From positions 27,921 to 91,920 of IMG/VR virus record IMGVR_UViG_3300000727_000007: a DNA stretch of 64,000 nt; one strand, given 5' to 3'. The DNA comes from a virus. Lineage: Duplodnaviria; Caudoviricetes. A model generated the notes under the pieces. The model was given only the letters and a program-made list of their open reading frames with translations. It was not told the origin of the DNA and searched no databases. The position numbers and the translations under genes are program-made. Shown here in pieces: positions 18,301 through 27,700 of the stretch. Positions within the stretch are counted from its first letter, which is position 1. Each line of letters starts with the position of its first letter.

Positions 18301-19080
18301 AGTTGTAGTAAGAGACACATTATAATAACCTTCCGCAGTATACGCATGGGTTGGATTTTGATTTGTTGATGTATTCCCATCACCAAAATCCCATAGCCAA
18401 GAATCAACCGATTCAGAAGCTGTTCCTGTAAAATTTAATTCAACAGTTGGATATGAAGTATTGTTATTTACTGCGATTGAAGGTACTGGTCCTACTATTG
18501 GCTCATATGTTAAATTTACATTCTTTATTTCAGTTTCAGAAGGATTAGGACCTCCGGCACCACCTATAAATACAATACCGTTTTGAAGAACTCCATCAAA
18601 TACATCATCGTATAATGTCTGGTCATTATATGTTATTTTTAATGTAGTAGTGGTAATAATAACAATTACATGACCGTCAAGAGTTCCTATTCCTGAAGCT
18701 ATGGTTGTATCGTTTTCTTGGCCATCTATTTCTTTAGAATAATATAGAGTTCCAGCAACATACTTAAAGTTGTTATAAGTCCCGTTACCACCAGCTAATG
18801 TTACCCAAATTGCTTCCCATCCATCTGCTGCACATTTAACATCAAATTCAAGAGTGTATCCACTAGATAAGTCAAATCCAGATAATGTTGCTGTTCCAAC
18901 ACCCCATTGGTCACCTGCTGGCATTAATACAATTCTACTGTTTGTAGAGTCATATACAGCTTGGCTTCCTACATCGCCTCCATTACTCCACCAACCTGGA
19001 TTGTAAAAATAACTATTACCAGTATTTAATGTCCAATGTTCATCAAGGCTTTCCCCTGAAAAATCAGCAGTATATGTCAT
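15313..19080 (-). CDS. large adhesin/fibre with PKD domain and ConA/LamG-like lectin domains
   Basis: PKD signature SWLWDFGDGNTSTNQNPTHAY; several FSENF/H-x-I-K-V jelly-roll modules. Confidence 0.78.
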   Translation of the reverse strand: MTYTADFSGESLDEHWTLNTGNSYFYNPGWWSNGGDVGSQAVYDSTNSRIVLMPAGDQWGVGTATLSGFDLSSGYTLEFDVKCAADGWEAIWVTLAGGNGTYNNFKYVAGTLYYSKEIDGQENDTTIASGIGTLDGHVIVIITTTTLKITYNDQTLYDDVFDGVLQNGIVFIGGAGGPNPSETEIKNVNLTYEPIVGPVPSIAVNNNTSYPTVELNFTGTASESVDSWLWDFGDGNTSTNQNPTHAYTAEGYYNVSLTTTNTNGTNTVTKKKLVRIYPTPAILFSENFSGDLSKWSDIPSGWSIADGCLSTSVAGEAKATIPDSNAFICSFKLNASSYGTRRIRFYNADESQYNSLWINVDGGPITVIQIIKTGENTTQWITNDYTLGTDITIGLIKDGAVWTVLYNENVVYTTSNWIDFTASKVAFQNEGDSPTKFDDLVIKTIGYVGDIHTPCIVDLPTPEMNCEAEPFDAHASIYKLEDAKRSSFGGNVLTIIGGYADAVGEDIDKIHPVTDGVWLHPDALYGDSFGLAINQYAARFGKVSFDVSWEGKTQIFVGNLGDTSTGQDCETCPFYTIYNATGVTFYYDTELKGYKMGLASATYADHDADHMYEDQAIIPYVSFPVPFYGNSHHIEIIRDTSGFDNVVPESPAYANITGLRIDGVVVYKAGESYDTLPGFPARNPKDPLDGCRYYMITAKQLGQDTGGTITNFVVEDYESTPYGSAVVDLPSAHMHFEATPTTQWNRMVCPITQENGENYNWPFIPNSATESLYAFPNDYSTNYMISDVAYGTWELPFNWLYNNPSTLTWNFIGGNTIGTTGYSVVVTQSDSKIKLIKNPGTVLIEKTWTGLTETDHLIKVERSLAGGFTLFLDDIVLGKIIDNTYTTSSKIWIHLDSGAESANYCTIPYITVAELGWFNYPFMDTAVAEATAMPLQVIAVKDMANYRSYDATDGTLNDFTIDDGSIEVENNMVKFVSSNVYSVLHIPDATLYKEWRLKFQFPTLQHHQQLLEFKINGIVTGSWYQQSLVVVIDDGGELYMQDVPDGNYWGYSDGWTPNTDINELKVVLEPGDITDVYKVYLNDVLITSISNVIKVTETEGMALRYYSTRYPANIDYMYVESIMVPSKMLKLPSAEFSALPATVDVGAPAPKVVRLFTAMLRAYANPLGKLTNRVYLESAENTLSANLITVKTDALVKLKTARATSKARKVKAGGTNSNGCNVTLDTASAVYSAILPVKYRPIKPRINPFINPYLY

Positions 19081-19088
19081 TTAATCAC

Positions 19089-19541
19089 CTAGTTTATTGT
19101 TGGTCCACTTATTGTTATTCTTAAAATACCATTTGCGTTAAATCTTAATTGGAAATCAGCCGCAGATGAGTTTTGGTTTGCTCCAAAATCATAATATGCA
19201 AGTAATGGGCTAGTTGTATTATCTCCTGTATAGTAATAAATAATAGCATATCGTGCTTCTATTGTTGATGTAGTCCAAATAACATCGTCGCAATCAAATA
19301 TAGCGATGTTATTTGTGTCATAAGTTATGTTTGGACTTGTTATAACTTTTCCACCTGCGGTATAACCTGTACCTGTACTGCTAACTTCATTTGTTATATC
19401 ACTAAAGAATGTATGTGCATCTTGGTCAGGTGCATAATCTGCGGTACAAAGAGCTACTTTAACATTTCCGTCTGTAAATTTAATATTTCCTAAAAACGCT
19501 TGTACAACTGAATGTCCATAAAAATAAGCTGTAGATGTCAT
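19089..19541 (-). CDS. virion fibre subunit, paralog 2
   Basis: KVALCT..Y.PDQD.H.F...EVS.GTGYTAGGK...SPLLAYYDFG. Confidence 0.7.
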   Translation of the reverse strand: MTSTAYFYGHSVVQAFLGNIKFTDGNVKVALCTADYAPDQDAHTFFSDITNEVSSTGTGYTAGGKVITSPNITYDTNNIAIFDCDDVIWTTSTIEARYAIIYYYTGDNTTSPLLAYYDFGANQNSSAADFQLRFNANGILRITISGPTIN

Positions 19542-19552
19542 ATTTTACCTCC

Positions 19553-19993
19553 TTATGTTGCTATTGATTTAAGCATACCATCTACGTTCCATTGGAGTTT
19601 AAATTCTCCTCCTGTTGAAACTTCGTCTTCTCCAAAATCATAATAAGCTAACACTGGGCTGGTTTCTGGACTTCCAGAATCATAGTATACAATTGCAAAA
19701 CGTGCAGTAATAACAGCGTTTGGCCAAGATACATCATCTCCATCAAACTTAACCATGTTTGTAGAAGCGTCATAACTTAAAGCACAATTAGATACAGCTT
19801 TACCACCGGCTGTATATCCAGTTCCACTTACTTCATTTGCTACTACTTGATTTAAGAACTCGTGAGTGTCCTGATTTGGTGTGTAAGTAGAGGTACAAAG
19901 TAATACTTTGATTTTGTTAATTTCTTCAAAATTGATTAATTTTTTAAAAGCATTTTTCAATGCGTTTCCATACCAATAAGCTCCTGATGCCAT
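19553..19993 (-). CDS. virion fibre subunit, paralog 1
   Basis: Same motifs as the neighbour (EVSGTGYTAGGK, SPVLAYYDFG). Confidence 0.7.
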   Translation of the reverse strand: MASGAYWYGNALKNAFKKLINFEEINKIKVLLCTSTYTPNQDTHEFLNQVVANEVSGTGYTAGGKAVSNCALSYDASTNMVKFDGDDVSWPNAVITARFAIVYYDSGSPETSPVLAYYDFGEDEVSTGGEFKLQWNVDGMLKSIAT

Positions 19994-20006
19994 CGATAAT
20001 TCCTCC

Positions 20007-20921
20007 CTAATATTTCTCCCTAATTGTTATTTTTAAATTAAAAGCGTTTGTTGCATTTCCTTCAAGTAAAGCGCCTATAGCTAATCCATTTGCTAAAAAT
20101 GCTCCTTCTACTTGGAAAGTTTTTGCACTTACCGCATTTACTCCGCCTGGGCTAGACGCGTCTGGGCTTTTAGGTACAGTGAAGGCTTCTCCATGTCTGC
20201 ACCAATAATTTGTTGAATCTGTAAAAGATTCAGTTAAATATAATTGCACGTTTACATCTGATTCTGTAGATAAATTCGCTATACTAATTAAATAAATATC
20301 TTTTAATTCAGTTGGCGGGGTAATTGTAAGTGTTTCTACTGTTCCAGCATTTGAAGAAGCTGAAAATACAATTGCTTGTTGTGTTACTATTGTATTAGAT
20401 ACAGTATGTTTTTCCAAGAGTTTTGCAACACTTTCTTCAGTTGCACAGTCTTTCCATTGTGAATCTTTATAAACCCTTGGTGTAACTCCTAAAACTCCGT
20501 TAGGGAATGTTAGTTGTCCAGTCTGTGTCTGAATTGATTCAAGAGCTGTTTTGTTTTCTCCTAGTAATGTTTGGATAGATTCCATTACTGTATTAAATGT
20601 ATCTGTTGTTAAAAGCTCATTTGATCTAATAGTTAGAGCTGGATGGCTAGCACCATCTAAAAGAATTTCTGCTCTTTGCTCAGAGGTGCTGTCTTTCAGC
20701 TCAACGGCACCTATCTCAAGGTCACCCGCATCAATAACTGCTTTAACACTTAAAGCACTTGTCGTCTCATCAAAATCTAACTTATTCAATTGAGCTAGTA
20801 TTTGGCTTATTGCCCCTGACTCTACAGCAGGGGTTATAGGATTACCATTTATGTCTGTTAATTTTAATCCATTAGTAAACGCTTCTAACAAAGCGTTAAG
20901 TATATCGGAACATTCTCCCAT
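20007..20921 (-). CDS. putative virion fibre/whisker protein
   Basis: GDLEIGAVELKD motif, short coiled coil, beta-rich C-terminal domain. Confidence 0.55.
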   Translation of the reverse strand: MGECSDILNALLEAFTNGLKLTDINGNPITPAVESGAISQILAQLNKLDFDETTSALSVKAVIDAGDLEIGAVELKDSTSEQRAEILLDGASHPALTIRSNELLTTDTFNTVMESIQTLLGENKTALESIQTQTGQLTFPNGVLGVTPRVYKDSQWKDCATEESVAKLLEKHTVSNTIVTQQAIVFSASSNAGTVETLTITPPTELKDIYLISIANLSTESDVNVQLYLTESFTDSTNYWCRHGEAFTVPKSPDASSPGGVNAVSAKTFQVEGAFLANGLAIGALLEGNATNAFNLKITIREKY

Positions 20922-21110
20922 CTATTTTCCCCCTACTTGTTGTTTTAATCTTTTAATTTCTTTCATCATTACAGCCATCTGTTCTTCCATTTCTTGCTGT
21001 TTTTGTAATTGCAAAGTTTTTGCTTTACGTTCCTTCATCTGTTCGTATTTTTCATGGGTTTGAACTTCTATTTTTACAAACCCATTACCTTTTGGTCTTA
21101 TTTCTGGCAT
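20922..21110 (-). CDS. small coiled-coil protein
   Basis: GGTGA RBS, abutting genes. Confidence 0.6.
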   Translation of the reverse strand: MPEIRPKGNGFVKIEVQTHEKYEQMKERKAKTLQLQKQQEMEEQMAVMMKEIKRLKQQVGGK

Positions 21111-21118
21111 ATTATCAC

Positions 21119-24100
21119 CTAATCTATTATAGGAATTAATCTGATTTCTCTAACAGAAGGAGAACTATCTTTTATATTTTCTCTTGTCATACAAATTCTT
21201 GCACGGATATATTTTCCATAAAATGGATAAGATTCTGTTCCGATACCTTCTATTCTTCCAATTTTTACAGTTTGAACTCCTGTGTTACCTTTTGTAGTTT
21301 TTATTAAGAAATAAGGTACACTGGTTAGTAAGATAGGGTTTCTAAGTTTGAAAATAACTTGAACATATCCTTCAGTTCCTTTTAAAGCAGGGAAATTATA
21401 AGCATCTATTTTTCCGCTTTCATCTGATGTTGTTGAAAGTATCAGTTGTAACTCTCCTTGACTTAGGATACCATTTGTCTTTATTAAACAACTTAGGTAG
21501 TTATAATTGGATAAATCAAGATTCTCTTGTTTGTACATAAGAACTCCAGTATCTGTGTTACTCATAACTAACTGGTTTACTTGTATTGAACTAGCATTTA
21601 ATGCAGAATCTGAAACTGTATCAACTAAAGAAGACACAACAACCTGAGTATCCTGACTTGAAGTACCAGTACTTGACATTGAATCTAATAATACTGTTTT
21701 ACCCATTACATCTTCATCAACATCTAAATAGAAGTTATATTCATCATCTTCGTATGCTGCTTCATAGTTACTGTAATCTACAGACCCATGATACATATCA
21801 GACAATCTTAAATCACTTATAATCTTTTTAAATACTGGTCTTCCATTTGAATCTACAGTACTTGCGTTTTCTAAGTTTACCCTAAGTGTTTTACCCATGT
21901 CTATTTCATCTTGTTCGGTTATTGGACTGTTAGCATATACAGTTAGCCATTCCCAATGACTGAAATCATTTGTATCGCTTCTTAATGCGCTTTGAATTAC
22001 TTGGTTTCCATCAAATGATGTGGTAACTAGACAACCAGAGTTATTATCTCCTGATGTAGCTAAGGTTGCTGAAATAGCGTACCCCTTAGAGCTTGAATAT
22101 TTTATTTGAGGACTACTATTATTAGAGCCTGGATTCATTGTTATTCTCCAAACAAATTTATCACCATTGTCTGGGAATTGGAAATTGCTTCCATACATTC
22201 TATAAAAGTTATTTCCACCATCGTTGGATACTTCTAATTTATAACTAGAACCTTTTGGTAAAGAAATATTAACATCCATAGTTACAGAATTAATTATAAA
22301 TTCTGTTTCAGTGATATTTGATTGAATAACTCCTGAACTAATTTGTACACCATCTTTTTCTGTTAATAGAGTTAAAGTTGCAGGCGCACCATTCTGGCTT
22401 TCTTCTATAGAATACATACCAGAATTTCCATTGATTTTAATACTCTTATTTGGAGGATATAATCCACTAACTAATAAATCATACGACCTATCTTTATATG
22501 GGTGTGCTCCCTCAGCTATTGTTGGAACCACTATATTTCTATCTTTTCTATAAGGTTTAAATATATATTCAGTAGTGTTACCATTTTTACCAGATATTGG
22601 GTGGAATATAACTAATAACAAGTACCAGCCAGGGTCTAACCATGTTGTTCCACTAAATTCACATGTCATAACTTGTGAAGTGTTTTTATTAGGCATTGTA
22701 TGTGGACTTAAAGCTCTCTTGTCAGAAATTTCCATTAAGTTTAAATTACTACCTGATTGTTCAAAAACAGCTATTTGGACATGAGAAGCGTTTTTATACC
22801 AGAAATGTCCTACTTGTGTTTGCATTAACAAACCGCCTTTTTTATTGTAGACAAAAGTTCCAATATAATGAGAACGTTTTCCTATAGTAATTTCATGATA
22901 AAAAGAACCAATTTCAGTAACTGGTCTATAATCACTCATATCTTGAGGGAAATGCTGTTGACTTTTGATTTTTGTTGATGTTGTTGTTTTCTTTAATTTT
23001 GCAACACCATTTGTAAGATCTGTATGGTCTAAGGTTGTTTTAGTTAAATCTATACCTGTATTATCTTTTAGTGTCCAAGTTTGTTTTTTACTTACTGTAT
23101 CGGATATTGTATATCCACCTACTGTCTCATCATAGGTGTCGGCAATTCCAATAGACGCAGAAGTGTCTTTAAAAGTATCTCCAATTAAATTATACTTTAT
23201 TCTTTTTGGAGCATTATATACCATCATCCAATTTGCTTCTTTTTCTAATCTTCTAATCCTTTCATCGTGGCTTCTTAATCTGTAAGCTCCTAAACTATCA
23301 TCTTGTGTTACATTCATTAATAAAGCACTGTTTACATTTTTAGGAACATATACTTTTGCTAATCGTAAATAACTACTTGGGATCTCGCTCTCTGGAATTT
23401 CTGGAACATTAGCTACATCACCACTGATTGCTTCATAAAATCCTTCTGGGGTTAGACAAACAATATCTATCCTATTACCATAATTTGAACCCGGGTCTAA
23501 TGTAATATGGGTATCTAAAGGTTGTATTTTCTCTCCTAACATCATCGCAAGAGATTTGTTGATATTAAATGTAGTTGCACTACCATATCCAACTTTAAAC
23601 CATAAATCTGCTCCAATTTCATTATATACTGAATCGTTATCTGATTCAGCTAAGGAACTATTATATCCTCCAGTTGAATCATATAAGACACTGATACCTG
23701 CAATATTTGTTCTTTCTATAGTTAGGAATAAAGGAATAGCTGGCAGGTGGTCTATATTAATTGGTAAAGAATATTCGTTTGTTCCTGGTGTTACAGGGAT
23801 ACTTACAGTTTTTAGAAAAGGTATAGTACTCAACTGTGTTATTCCATTTGATAGTTTTACAGTGACGTTACAACTTGTATTTGTTTCATTTTTAAATTGT
23901 AATGTGATGTTTGTAATAGAAGATTTTTGAGTATCAATTTGTTGTATTAAATATAGTTGCTCTAAAGACTTCCATGAATCTCCATTTGTATTCTTTTGGT
24001 CTATTATAGCATCGTTTGCGTTTGCTACTGGAGATAAAAGAAAAGCGTTTTCCTCTGGACTCAATACAAACTTTTTACCAAATCCATCTATGATTAATTG

Positions 24101-24202
24101 GTCTAGGGATTGCCCTATATTATCCTGCATAGCATTCATATCTCTAGCACTTGCTGTCCAGCCAGGGATAAAACTTGAAATCATTGTGTAATAATTAACC
24201 AT
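21119..24202 (-). CDS. tail fibre / baseplate-associated structural protein
   Basis: RIDIVCLT..G...G...P..P...LAKVYVP module and RIRRLE coiled coil; position after the baseplate genes. Confidence 0.65.
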   Translation of the reverse strand: MVNYYTMISSFIPGWTASARDMNAMQDNIGQSLDQLIIDGFGKKFVLSPEENAFLLSPVANANDAIIDQKNTNGDSWKSLEQLYLIQQIDTQKSSITNITLQFKNETNTSCNVTVKLSNGITQLSTIPFLKTVSIPVTPGTNEYSLPINIDHLPAIPLFLTIERTNIAGISVLYDSTGGYNSSLAESDNDSVYNEIGADLWFKVGYGSATTFNINKSLAMMLGEKIQPLDTHITLDPGSNYGNRIDIVCLTPEGFYEAISGDVANVPEIPESEIPSSYLRLAKVYVPKNVNSALLMNVTQDDSLGAYRLRSHDERIRRLEKEANWMMVYNAPKRIKYNLIGDTFKDTSASIGIADTYDETVGGYTISDTVSKKQTWTLKDNTGIDLTKTTLDHTDLTNGVAKLKKTTTSTKIKSQQHFPQDMSDYRPVTEIGSFYHEITIGKRSHYIGTFVYNKKGGLLMQTQVGHFWYKNASHVQIAVFEQSGSNLNLMEISDKRALSPHTMPNKNTSQVMTCEFSGTTWLDPGWYLLLVIFHPISGKNGNTTEYIFKPYRKDRNIVVPTIAEGAHPYKDRSYDLLVSGLYPPNKSIKINGNSGMYSIEESQNGAPATLTLLTEKDGVQISSGVIQSNITETEFIINSVTMDVNISLPKGSSYKLEVSNDGGNNFYRMYGSNFQFPDNGDKFVWRITMNPGSNNSSPQIKYSSSKGYAISATLATSGDNNSGCLVTTSFDGNQVIQSALRSDTNDFSHWEWLTVYANSPITEQDEIDMGKTLRVNLENASTVDSNGRPVFKKIISDLRLSDMYHGSVDYSNYEAAYEDDEYNFYLDVDEDVMGKTVLLDSMSSTGTSSQDTQVVVSSLVDTVSDSALNASSIQVNQLVMSNTDTGVLMYKQENLDLSNYNYLSCLIKTNGILSQGELQLILSTTSDESGKIDAYNFPALKGTEGYVQVIFKLRNPILLTSVPYFLIKTTKGNTGVQTVKIGRIEGIGTESYPFYGKYIRARICMTRENIKDSSPSVREIRLIPIID

Positions 24203-24211
24203 TTAATCACC

Positions 24212-24625
24212 TTATTCTGATGTTAATGAGATTATAATATCTATTTTTAATTGTACACTACTGTTTTTAGTGAATGGAGCAATCTGACAGATTGCGAGAG
24301 GGATACCTTCCCCTAAAATATCTGTTGTAAATATAGCAACTTCTTTTATTACAGCACTATTTGTAATGTTTGTTTGACTAAATATTGCTTCTAATACAAC
24401 CCTTTCGTTTTCTTCATCATAAGTCGCTGTGATTGGAACTCTACTATATGTTCCATGTGTACTTGGGTCACATTCTAATCCTAATCTTGTACTATCTACA
24501 GTTGGAACTGTATCTGAGATTCCGCATCCTGCATACCCAAATTGAATTGGGTTTGCGTCATTAGGAAAACTATTTTTAAGAATTTGCATTCTTCCTTCAG
24601 TAGTTATTACTTCTATAAGAGTCAT
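24212..24625 (-). CDS. tail-collar/fibre attachment-like protein
   Basis: ITTEG...GCG...PT....L..E...R.....IKEVAIF pattern. Confidence 0.65.
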   Translation of the reverse strand: MTLIEVITTEGRMQILKNSFPNDANPIQFGYAGCGISDTVPTVDSTRLGLECDPSTHGTYSRVPITATYDEENERVVLEAIFSQTNITNSAVIKEVAIFTTDILGEGIPLAICQIAPFTKNSSVQLKIDIIISLTSE

Positions 24626-24728
24626 CTTTTTCCTCCTTTTGTTCCTGTGTTTCAGGGACTATTTCATTTCCATTCGTATCTAACGCATGGACTATAGTTT
24701 TTAAATTAAAATTCAAATTTTTAATCAT
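24597..24728 (-). CDS. 43-aa ORF, possibly the split N-terminal strand of the collar protein
   Basis: MIKNLNFNLKTIVHALDTNGNEIVPETQEQKEEKDDSYRSNNY; fills the gap and overlaps both neighbours. Confidence 0.45.
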   Translation of the reverse strand: MIKNLNFNLKTIVHALDTNGNEIVPETQEQKEEKDDSYRSNNY

Positions 24729-27700
24729 TATAAAAAGCCTCCCTAAATACTCTAAATCTACTAATTTTTGGGCTGTAATAAAGATTACTTGTACTTAAAT
24801 ATCCTCTTATTTTTATGTCAGAATATTCTAAGCCATGTAAATCATCTGGAGAACTTAAATTGCTTTTAATCACATATGGAGTATATATTTTATGCATCAA
24901 AGCAAAATTATTTTCTTTTTTCCAAAATACATACCCATTTACCATTACAATTGTTTTTTCTGGATTCTGAGCGGTGCTAATTTTATAATAATTTGAATTA
25001 TCTAATTTTCCTGTACGTTCAACTAAAATTCCATAAGAATGATTTGTGTTTAACCCACGTACATCTAAATTAATTTCTTTAGCCCCTGTGCTCCAATCAT
25101 ATACAATAAAACTATCTAATATTTCGTTTGGACTTAAATCAGGATTTAATGTGCATAATGAAATACGTACATCGTCTGTAGGGTTTCCTACGACTCCTGA
25201 ACTATATAAAGTAACTCCACTGATAGATGAAATGCCTGGTTTTGTAATTTGGAATATACTTTTGCTATCAGCTACCCCAAATGATGTATAAGAATTTGAA
25301 GTTGTTTGTTGAAAGACAATTCTTTCTTTTATAATTTCATAATTGAGTTTACAAGATTTGGGAACATTTTCAGCTAAACTATGTTGGAATTTTGTCCATC
25401 TACTGTTTGAACCATCTTTTATAGCTTTAATTCGGTTAGTTTGTATTGAAGCTGTTTTTTGTCTGAAAAAGACATTCACTTTACACCATGCAACCGCAAC
25501 TTCTTTATCTCTTCTTACGTGCCATTCTGGATTAGTCATTCCATGTCCCATAAACATTAAGACCTTTAATTTACCTAAAGTATCTTTAGTCAGCTTTTTA
25601 CCCCATGTATCATCCGGCCCACCAAAACTAACTATTCTAGCTTCATCAGAGGCATTAGCTTTTCTTTTGTAAATGTAAGAACCATTTGCAGCGTACATGT
25701 TATCATAGTCAGAATTATAAGCTCCGCCTGTATTTATGTTTAAATTAATTACAGGACCAGAAGCAGGTCTTTCACCACAATTACAAGTTCCTCCGGTTCC
25801 ACAAGTAAATGTTGACCCACCATATTTTTGTAAATTTGACCTTTCAGTTTTAATATACAAATCAACTTGAAGTCCTGTGATAATACAATCATCTGGGATA
25901 TCGTTTGTTATATTAAAATTGTCCATAACTAAAAGCTCTGTTTCTGCATAAGAAGTAGCGTCTGATACAATTGTTTTTACTGCTCCTGCACCGTTAATTG
26001 CCCCAAAATTTTTCCATTTTATTTCATCATCATGCCCGTGAATATAACAAGAGTTTATATGTCTTCCTCCGTCACGATTTGAAGAATAAGCACGATTAGC
26101 AATATTAGAAATAGATTTAACGCCTGTATCAATTTTTAATATATTTTTGCTTCCAATACTATCTGTTTTAATATTGTTAAAAGCAAAATTGCTAAAGTGA
26201 TCTTTTGTATAAGCATCTAATGCAGTTACATAACTAGAAACAGATATATTTTGTTTTAAATTAAGTTTCATTTCTGGCAGGCTCATATCAGCTTCCATAT
26301 AAGAAACAGAAGCCCCCATTTGTAATTTACAAATTCCTTCCTCACCCGCTGAAGCTTTCATTTTAAGATCAAATTCTTTCTCGTAAACCCCTGTTGGGTC
26401 ATCTGCATTCACTGAAAGATTTCCTAAATATAAATCTCCTGATTTAATAGCGTAAGAAGAAATCCCTTCTGTACCTAATTTTTTACATTTTTTTAATATG
26501 GTATTGATTTCATCGTTTGTTAAAACACAAAAATTAGCTGGTAAAGGCCATGGGATATCTGCTCTGAAAACTCCTGGTACATATAAATCTCCTGACCAGT
26601 ACTTAGAATCCCAATCTTCTCTATCTAAAAATACAATATATTCCCACATGTTTTTTATTTGTGGAATTCTTCCTAGATATCCGTATAATTCTGATTTTAT
26701 TAAACCAAACCTTTTGTATGTACCTTCTGTTAATAGGTACTGTACTTCGTAACATAATCCATTTTCTGGGTTATTTAAATATGTTGCAGTTACAAGTTTT
26801 GATTCTCTGTTTATTTTTCGGATAAATTTTCGTATTTCATCAAAGTAATATACTTCACTTATATATTCTTTCTCCAATGTTGTTTCTTCTAAAGCTAAAA
26901 TATCTTGAGTTCCATCTGTATATGTTGAAATTGTAATGTTATGAAGTCCTGGTTTATCTGAATCTAATTTAATAATCCTATTTCCGTTTGAATCTTTTAT
27001 GTATACAGTATTTACAAAAACGTTATTATCTATAATAGCGTTACTTGGTTCTATTTCATCCTTTGGTATATCTTCTTCATAATCAAGAGCATCTTCTAAA
27101 ATAACTGAATTGTTTGTTCCGACTTCACTTTCGTTTGAAGCTTCTATTCTTGTTGTATATTCTTCTGATAAACGTTTTTCTAACCAATAGTCTTGTTCAT
27201 ATTCAAATGGGTAGCCCACAGGAAAAGTATAAGCATATTTATAATACGGAACTACTGTACAGTATTTTTGCCTAAACATACTGAAATCTTTTGCATGTAC
27301 ATCAAGAGCTTTATTTGGTTTATATTTGACATCTGTTTCGGCGTAACTAACAGGAAATCCAACTTTTTTAACAGCGTCAAAGAAATGCCATTCTACTTCA
27401 ACATAGAATTTTTGAGGTAATGAATGAAAATCAATATCTACTGCTGGTATATCCATACGATAGCACACATACTTCTTTTCTTTTATGAACTTCATCCCTT
27501 TTATTAAAGACCCATCATCCTTGTATAATCTGAACGCTTTTAGTGGATATAGTTTATCTGCAAGTGCCTTTGCGTGTAATTGGTCAAGACTAACCTTATC
27601 AAATTCATAAGTTAGCATAACTGTATTAGGTATAGCTATTTCTTCCGCATAATCACTATCATCAGGGTCAATACATGGAACGCACGTCTCTTTTTCTACA

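Noticed and set aside
8952-19080. Diversity-generating retroelement or invertible shufflon acting on the adhesins
   Set aside because: No reverse transcriptase or recombinase in the window, no near-identical TR/VR pair and no inverted cassettes seen by eye.
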